From positions 1,216,001 to 1,280,000 of the forward strand of contig CAXXLQ010000004.1 in assembly GCA_963668695.2 (NCBI GenBank): a stretch of DNA of 64,000 bases, in the 5' to 3' direction. Source of the stretch: Vicinamibacteria bacterium (lineage in GTDB: Bacteria > Acidobacteriota > Vicinamibacteria > Marinacidobacterales > Marinacidobacteraceae). Below the pieces are notes generated by a model that was not told the DNA's origin, searched no databases, and worked only from the letters and a program-made list of their open reading frames with translations. Below, in pieces: positions 57,635-64,000 of the stretch; position 1 is the first letter of the stretch; every line of letters starts with the position of its first letter. Both the position numbers and the translations under genes were made by a program.

Positions 57635-58466
57635 CAGCCTGTGGTGAAACCCGCGCGGCCCAGTTCTCCCGGTGGGGGCTCGGCCGGCGATCCATCCCGG
57701 CCAAACAACCGGTAGTGAAACCCACGCGGCCCAGTTCTCCCGGTGGGGGCTCGGCCGGCGATCCATCCCGGCCAAACAGCCGGTGATGAAACCCACGCGG
57801 CCCAGTTCTCCCGGTGGGGGCTCGGCCGGCGATCCATCCCGGCCAAACCGCGTCGCTGCGCGCCGCTCATCGTTGCTGTTTCGGTCGGAATACGCCCGGC
57901 CCAGTTCTCCCGGTGGGGGCTCCTCCCTCACGCGCCTTGTCAGCCGGGCCCCCACCGGGAGGACTGGCCCCACCGGGAGAACTGGGCCTCGCCCCCACCG
58001 GGAGAACTGGCCAACCTCGGCGCTCACGTGGGTTCCACCACCGGCTGTTCACCGCGTCGCTGCGCGCCGCTCAGCGTTGCGTTTCGGTCGGAATACACCC
58101 GGGCCAGTTCTCCCGGTGGGGGCTCCTCCCTCACGCGCCTTGTCAGCCGGGCCCCCACCGGGAGGACTGGCCCCACCGGGAGAACTGGGCCTCGCCCCCA
58201 CCGGGAGAACTGGCCAACCTCGGCGCTCACGTGGGTTCCACCACCGGCTGTTCACCACGTCGTTTCCACCACCGGCTGCGCGCCGCTCAGCGTTGCGTTT
58301 CGGTCGGAATACACCCGGGCCAGTTCTCCCGGTGGGGGCTCCTCCCTCACGCGCCTTGTCAGCCGGGCCCCCACCGGGAGGACTGGCCCCACCGGGAGAA
58401 CTGGGCCTCGCCCCCACCGGGAGAACTGGCCGGCCTCGGCGCTCACCCGGGTTCCACCACCGGCTG
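57635..58466. repeat. Tandemly expanded family-A MITE (3 x 71-bp plus 3 x about 205-bp modules) with 15 copies of the 18-bp unit
   Basis: 18-mers at 57660, 57731 and 57802 (period 71), then 57901, 58104 and 58320, each followed by three opposite-orientation copies. Confidence 0.9.
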
Positions 58467-58540
58467 TTAACCGAAGCGCTTCCTTGTCCCCCGGGGTGTT
58501 CTCCGGGAGACCGGCTGATTGGGAGGCTGCGCGCAACCGC

Positions 58541-58807
58541 TCAGGATGCGGCCTGTTCCTCTTCCTCTTCCTCTTCTTCGAGCGCGACCCGTTCATCGTC
58601 TGTCAGGACGTCGGCCATCTTCCAGACGGGTTCCTGGGGACCCGCAACCAAACCCTCAATATCCGGATCTCCATCCGTGCGCACCGGAATTTCGCGCTCT
58701 TTCTCGATGGACCGCTCCCGGCGCTGCACAGCCTTGGCCCGCTGACGCGCTACGCGCTCCTTTTCCTTCCGGCGCTTGAGGAAGGTCTGTCGGGAGCGGT
58801 TGGCCAT
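58541..58807 (-). CDS. Small protein with basic N-terminus and poly-Glu tail
   Basis: MANRSRQTFLKRRKEKER...DPDIEGLVAGPQ; resembles a recurrent small hypothetical family. Confidence 0.7.
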   Translation of the reverse strand: MANRSRQTFLKRRKEKERVARQRAKAVQRRERSIEKEREIPVRTDGDPDIEGLVAGPQEPVWKMADVLTDDERVALEEEEEEEEQAAS

Positions 58808-58824
58808 GGGGTCCGGAATGCTAG

Positions 58825-58980
58825 CAGCGCGTGGGCACAGTGAGGTGAGCGCCGAGTCTGGCCAGTCCTCCCGGTGGGGGCGAGGCCCAGTTCTCCCGGT
58901 GGGGGTCCGGCTGACGAGGCGCGCGAGGGAGGAGCCCCCACCGGGAGAGAACCTGGTCGCGCGACTTTGTCCACAGGCTG
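58825..58980. mobile_element. Degenerate family-A MITE with three 18-bp-unit variants
   Basis: CTAG-CAGC...CCACAGGCTG; units at 58862, 58887 and 58936. Confidence 0.75.
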
Positions 58981-59148
58981 CTGGCAGCGTGTGGAGCCGA
59001 GCCAGCCTGGCCGCGTCAGCGTCGACCGTCGGGTGAGGATGGCCGGCCGCGGCCGCCGTTCGCGACGAACTGTTGGTACGGGACGGCTCCCCGCCGGAGG
59101 CCGTATGCTCTTGGGTTTTCCGATTCGTCTCTCCGAGGAGATCGTCTG

Positions 59149-62100
59149 ATGTTGCTTCGACAACTGGTATTCGCACGTATCGCACTCGCCGGTCTGGCGA
59201 TTTCAGCTCTCCCCGCGACCGGCCTCGCTCAGGATTTGCGGATCGAGGCCTCCCACCTCCGGACGATGGAATGGCGGAATATCGGCCCGGCCCGCGGGGG
59301 GCGCTCCCTCTCCTGTACCGGCAGTCCGGGCCGACGCCACGAGTACTACTTCGGGGCCACCGGTGGTGGGCTCTGGAAGACCGTTGACTCCGGGACGACC
59401 TGGTTGCCGGTGACCGACGGTCAGATCTCGAGTTCCTCGATCGGGGCCGTCGCGGTGGCGGAGACCAATCCCGACGTTATCTTCATTGGCGGGGGAGAAA
59501 CACAGCTCCGGGGGAGCATCACCCAGGGCGACGGGGTGTACAAGAGTTCGGACGGGGGTGAGACCTGGCGCCACGTCGGCTTGCGCGACACCCAGGCGAT
59601 CGCCCGGATCCGGATCCATCCGGTCAATCCCGACATCGTCTACGTTGCCGCCCTTGGTCACCCCTATGGGGACAACGAAGAGCGCGGAGTGTTTCGCTCA
59701 CGCGATGGCGGAGCGACATGGGAGCGGGTGCTCTTTGTGAGCCCCCAAGCCGGAGCGGCCGACCTCATCATCGATCGGACGAACCCCGACGTGCTCTACG
59801 CCAGCATCTGGCAGGTCTACCGCAAGGCGTGGAAGATGTGGGGTGGCGGCCCCGATTCCGGGTTCTACCGCTCGGATGATGGCGGAGACACCTGGACCGA
59901 ACTCACCGCAAACCCCGGAATGCCGGAGGGTCCCATCGGCAAGATCGGAGTGACGGTTTCTCCGGCGAATCCGGACCGGGTCTGGGCGATCGTCGAGGCC
60001 CCCGAGGGCGGAGTGTTCCGGTCCGACGACCGCGGCGCCACCTGGCGCCTCACGAACAACGAGCGGAAGCTGCGCCAGCGGGCCTTCTACTACTCCCGGG
60101 TGTACGCGGATCCGGTGGACGCCGACACGGTGTACGCGCTCAACACCGGGTTCTACAAGTCAACAGACGGCGGGGAGACCTTCGACCACGTGATCCGTCC
60201 CCCCCACGGCGACCAGCACGATCTGTGGATCGATCCGAACAACCCTCTCCGCATGTGCAACTCGAACGACGGCGGGGGCAACGTCAGCGTCAACGGGGGC
60301 GAGACGTGGACGGATCAGGACTACTCGACGACCCAGCTCTACCACGTGAACGTGACGAACGACTTCCCCTACCACGTCTGCGGCGCGCAACAGGACAACT
60401 CCACGCTCTGCGTGCCCAGTGAGGGTTGGGACCATATGCAGGCGAGGGGTCCGGGAAGCCGCTGGTACTACGATGCGGGCGGCGGCGAAAGCGGATACAT
60501 CACCCAGCATCCTTCCAACCTGGATGTCTTTTACGCCGGCAGCCAGGGTGCGCTGCTGACCCGGTACAACCGGGCGAACGGCCAGATTCGTGACATTCAG
60601 GTCTACCCGCGGTTCTTTTCCGGGGAACCCGCGAGTGCGCTTCCCGATCGCTGGCAGTGGACCTTCCCGATCGTGTTCTCACCACTCGACGAAAACCGCC
60701 TCTATACGAGTTCGCAGTTCCTCTACCTGACCACCGACGACGGCCAATCCTGGGAAAAGATCAGCCCGGACCTGACCTACGCCGATCCGGAAACGCTCGG
60801 CGAGACCGGCGGTGTGATCACGATGGACATGAACGGTCCCGAGATCTACGCGACGATCTTTGTGGTGGCTCCTTCACAGCACGATATCGACACGATCTGG
60901 GTGGGTTCCGACGACGGACGCATCCACATCACCCGCGATCACGGAGCCAATTGGACGGACATCACTCCGGCGGAGCTTCCGAAGTTCAGCCGGGTGAGCA
61001 TCATCGAAGAGTCGGCCCACCGGCCGGGAACGATCTTCCTCGCGGCCAACCGCTATCAGGTGGACGACCGCGAGCCCTACGTCTTCCGCACCACGGACTA
61101 CGGCGCGACGTGGACGAAGATCGTCAGCGGGATCGCCCCTGGACACTTCGCGCGCGCCGTGCGCGAGGATCCGGTGCGGCAGGGATTGCTCTTCCTGGGG
61201 ACCGAACACGGGGTGTACGCCTCCTGGGACGATGGGGATCGCTGGATGTCCCTGCAGCAGAACCTTCCGGACACCCCCATCCGCGATCTCGTGGTCAAGG
61301 AGGGGGACGTGGTGCTCGGCACCCACGGACGGGGATTCTGGATCCTGGATGACATCCAGCCGCTCCGCCAGCTGACTGCCGCGTCGCTCAACGCGACGCT
61401 GGCGGTCTTCGACCCGGATCCGGCCGTGCGCGGAGTACAGAATGCGGTGCTTCAGTACCACCTCTCGGAGGAGGTGGATTCCGTGGTCGTCGAGATCTTC
61501 GACGGCGCCGGGAACCCCGTGGACCGGTTCGAAGGAACCGAGCCGGACTTCGAGGCCGAACCGGATTTCTCCTTCTTCCGGAGCCGTGGGTCTTCGTTGC
61601 CCACCACCGGAAAGGGTCTCAACCGTTTCAGTTGGAACGGCCGCTACTCCGGCGCGGTCGAGTTCGACGGGATGATTCTCTGGAGCGCGCGGGCCACCAG
61701 TGGTCCGAAGGCGCCTCCCGGTGAGTACCGGGTGAGCGTCACCGCGGCCGGAGTGACCGAGAGCACGGACCTCACGCTGATCGCCGATCCTCGGCTCGAG
61801 GGGGTGACCACCGCCGACCTCCAGGAGCAATTCGACCTGGCCAGCAGGATCCGGGATCGGACCTCCCACGCGAACGAAGCCGTGATCCAGATCCGGGATG
61901 TGCGCCTGCAACTTCAGGACCGACTCGAGGGATCCAGCGACCAGGGGGTGATGGCCGACGGCGGCCGCCTGATCGAGGAGATGACCGAGGTCGAGGAGGC
62001 CATCTACCAGACGAAGAACCGAAGCAACCAGGACCCCCTGAACTTCCCGATTCGGCTGAACAACCGCCTGGCCTCGCTCCGCCGCAGCGTGGAGAACGGC

Positions 62101-62277
62101 GACGCGAAACCCACCGACGGCGCCTACGCCGTGTTCGAGGAGTTGTCAGGCGAGCTGGATCAGCACCTGGGACGACTCGGCGGATTGCTCGGTGAGCGAC
62201 TCGGCGACCTGAACGGAAAGATCACCGCTTCCGGCGGAGACCCGGTGGACGCTGGCCGCTGGAAGACGCCGGAGTAA
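59149..62277 (+). CDS. VPS10/BNR-repeat glycosyl hydrolase-like exported protein
   Basis: WRNIGP.RGGR, many S.D.G.TW Asp-boxes, HGDQHDLWIDP, GTHGRGFWILDD, C-terminal helical region. Confidence 0.9.
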   Translation: MLLRQLVFARIALAGLAISALPATGLAQDLRIEASHLRTMEWRNIGPARGGRSLSCTGSPGRRHEYYFGATGGGLWKTVDSGTTWLPVTDGQISSSSIGAVAVAETNPDVIFIGGGETQLRGSITQGDGVYKSSDGGETWRHVGLRDTQAIARIRIHPVNPDIVYVAALGHPYGDNEERGVFRSRDGGATWERVLFVSPQAGAADLIIDRTNPDVLYASIWQVYRKAWKMWGGGPDSGFYRSDDGGDTWTELTANPGMPEGPIGKIGVTVSPANPDRVWAIVEAPEGGVFRSDDRGATWRLTNNERKLRQRAFYYSRVYADPVDADTVYALNTGFYKSTDGGETFDHVIRPPHGDQHDLWIDPNNPLRMCNSNDGGGNVSVNGGETWTDQDYSTTQLYHVNVTNDFPYHVCGAQQDNSTLCVPSEGWDHMQARGPGSRWYYDAGGGESGYITQHPSNLDVFYAGSQGALLTRYNRANGQIRDIQVYPRFFSGEPASALPDRWQWTFPIVFSPLDENRLYTSSQFLYLTTDDGQSWEKISPDLTYADPETLGETGGVITMDMNGPEIYATIFVVAPSQHDIDTIWVGSDDGRIHITRDHGANWTDITPAELPKFSRVSIIEESAHRPGTIFLAANRYQVDDREPYVFRTTDYGATWTKIVSGIAPGHFARAVREDPVRQGLLFLGTEHGVYASWDDGDRWMSLQQNLPDTPIRDLVVKEGDVVLGTHGRGFWILDDIQPLRQLTAASLNATLAVFDPDPAVRGVQNAVLQYHLSEEVDSVVVEIFDGAGNPVDRFEGTEPDFEAEPDFSFFRSRGSSLPTTGKGLNRFSWNGRYSGAVEFDGMILWSARATSGPKAPPGEYRVSVTAAGVTESTDLTLIADPRLEGVTTADLQEQFDLASRIRDRTSHANEAVIQIRDVRLQLQDRLEGSSDQGVMADGGRLIEEMTEVEEAIYQTKNRSNQDPLNFPIRLNNRLASLRRSVENGDAKPTDGAYAVFEELSGELDQHLGRLGGLLGERLGDLNGKITASGGDPVDAGRWKTPE

Positions 62278-62310
62278 CCCACCGAGCCCCGATGTGGTGG
62301 CCGGCGTCGC

Positions 62311-62901
62311 TCAGTCCGCGCCGGCCGCCTCCCGGGGGATTGGTGCCGCGGGCGCGGCCTCCCATGAACGGAGTTCTGAGCCACTCTGAAGTTCGATCTC
62401 GTTCGTCAGCATGAGGTCGCCGTCGAACACGAAGCGGCCGGCAAAAGGCTGGTTGCGCAGGAGTAGCGGAAGCCAGCTGACGTCGTCCTCCCACATGCGC
62501 TCGTAGGGGATGGATTCGACGTCCGCCCAGACCGGCGTGGCTTCCTCGGTTGGTTCCGGTTGCCCGAGGAATCCGTCGGCTCGGAAGACATAGACGTGGA
62601 TCGCATACCCGCTCACGAACTGGAATCGAAGTTCACCCGCGGGATGGATCCCGGTGGGCCGGACCCGCAGCTCTTCCTCGACTTCGCGGATGGCCGCAGC
62701 CCTCGGGGTCTCTCCCGGCTCCAACCGTCCCCCGGGTCCATTGATCTTTCCCCGGCCCAGCCCCCGATGTTTCTCGATCAGCAGGATCCGACCGTTTCGC
62801 ACCACGAAGAGAAGCGTGGCTCTTTCGTCGGGAATCCAGCCGTCCCAGGCGAAACCCTCCAGGAACGCCCGGGCAGCTTGGGAAATCGTGGTTTCGGCCA
62901 A
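62311..62901 (-). CDS. Nudix hydrolase, 8-oxo-dGTP diphosphatase (MTH1-like)
   Basis: RGLG.GKING.GGRLEPGET...AA.RE..EE Nudix box; IPYERMW.DD..WLP; TTG start inferred. Confidence 0.88.
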   Translation of the reverse strand: MAETTISQAARAFLEGFAWDGWIPDERATLLFVVRNGRILLIEKHRGLGRGKINGPGGRLEPGETPRAAAIREVEEELRVRPTGIHPAGELRFQFVSGYAIHVYVFRADGFLGQPEPTEEATPVWADVESIPYERMWEDDVSWLPLLLRNQPFAGRFVFDGDLMLTNEIELQSGSELRSWEAAPAAPIPREAAGAD

Positions 62902-62932
62902 GTCAGTTGTCCACCGGCGGCTACGAGCCGTC

Positions 62933-63922
62933 CTAACCGACCCCGGAGAGCCGGCCGAGGAGCGAACCCTCTCCTTTGCCACCGCGGCCGGTCTGCCGCG
63001 CGGCCTGATGGATCCGGCCGGCCAATCGGCTGAAGGGCAGGGACTGCAGCCAGACCCAACCCGGTCCCGTGAGACTGGCGAAGAAGAACCCTTCACCGCC
63101 GAAGATGGCCGACTTGATTCCCCCCACGGACTGGATGTCGTAGTTTACGGAGGGCGCGAGGGCGACGATGCACCCGGTGTCCACCCGCAGGTTTTCCCCG
63201 GCGGCCAATTCCTTCTTGACGATCGTGCCGCCGGCGTGCAGGAAGGCCAGGCCGTCGCCCTCGACCGACTGCATGATGAAACCCTCGCCTCCGAAGAGCG
63301 CCGTACCGATCTTCCGCTGGAAGGCGATGCCGATCGACACCCCTTTGGCGCCGCACAGGAAGGCATCCTTCTGGGCGATGAGCCGGCCGCCGAGTTCGTC
63401 GAGTTGCACCGGCAGGATCTTGCCTGGGTAGGGTGAGGCGAAGGCCACCTGCTGCTTCCCGGCGCCGCGGTTCACGAACTCGGTCATGAACAGGCTCTCG
63501 CCGGTCAGCAGCCGCTTTCCGGCACCGAGCAGCTTGTCCATGAAGCCGCTCTCTCCACCGGTGCCGAAGATGGTCTGCATCTCGATGCCGGAGCTCATGA
63601 ACATCATGGCGCCCGCTTCGGCGATCGCCCCTTCGCCGGGATCGAGCTCGACTTCCACGAACTGCATTTCCTCGCCGACGATCCGGTAGTCCACTTCGTG
63701 CATCCGGCGCGGCGCCCGAGGACGGGGCGGGGCTGAGCCGGCGCCAATGCCAATCCGCAGTTCCGGGACGCCGGAGACCGGCTTCCAGGAGGTCTCCCCG
63801 AGAGGACACACCAAAGTAGCCGTGGTCCAGCGGCCGGTCTGGAGAGCCTGCAGAACATCAGCGCTGGAGAACGGGCCAAGCGTCCCGCCTCCTTCGGCTA
63901 CGTACCATTGACTGGTTGACAT
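62933..63922 (-). CDS. TIGR00266/AIM24 family protein with N-terminal GYF_2-like domain
   Basis: WY......GPFS....W N-domain; AEAGAMM, GESLFMT.F, GGEGF and WLQSLPFSR. Confidence 0.9.
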   Translation of the reverse strand: MSTSQWYVAEGGGTLGPFSSADVLQALQTGRWTTATLVCPLGETSWKPVSGVPELRIGIGAGSAPPRPRAPRRMHEVDYRIVGEEMQFVEVELDPGEGAIAEAGAMMFMSSGIEMQTIFGTGGESGFMDKLLGAGKRLLTGESLFMTEFVNRGAGKQQVAFASPYPGKILPVQLDELGGRLIAQKDAFLCGAKGVSIGIAFQRKIGTALFGGEGFIMQSVEGDGLAFLHAGGTIVKKELAAGENLRVDTGCIVALAPSVNYDIQSVGGIKSAIFGGEGFFFASLTGPGWVWLQSLPFSRLAGRIHQAARQTGRGGKGEGSLLGRLSGVG

Positions 63923-64000
63923 GATTTCTCCTTTCGCGAACCCGGAGGTGCCGGTCGTTCCCTCAGACCCTTCCGCAGTGAAACCAGAGGAGGCCGCCGA

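Noticed and set aside
57635-58466. CRISPR array
   Set aside because: Sequences between the 18-bp units are themselves repeated, units occur in both orientations, and there are no cas genes.
57672-58843. 357-aa and 366-aa repeat ORFs
   Set aside because: Translations of the stop-poor MITE array; similar ORFs appear in several frames and at other copies.

Overview
A GC-rich bacterial chromosomal window. Gene content (Oar-type TonB receptor, VPS10/BNR hydrolase, DUF5916 barrel, amidohydrolases) suggests an Acidobacteriota-like organism, but this is inference only. Housekeeping loci include tamB, ada, slt, tmRNA, amtB-glnK-glnA, gpmA, pckA, plsC-like, carD, tRNA-Leu(CAA) and tRNA-Met(CAT). Accessory modules include an atypical-kinase/Omp85 + DUF4956 + SdiA-regulated propeller + phosphoesterase locus, a pair of isoprenoid-synthase-fold genes, a frameshifted HipA-like kinase with a HIRAN-like partner, and a RAPP-leader/His-rich TonB receptor metal locus. 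The most unusual signal is non-coding. Several MITE/REP-like families occupy intergenic regions, many at CTAG/CTAA-type sites that coincide with stop codons. About 30 copies of one 18-bp unit (CCCCACCGGGAGAACTGG) are inserted inside these elements, in both orientations, singly or in tandem, and in at least two unrelated repeat families. No transposase, RAYT, integrase or CRISPR locus is visible in the window. All family assignments are motif recognition by eye and were not checked against databases.
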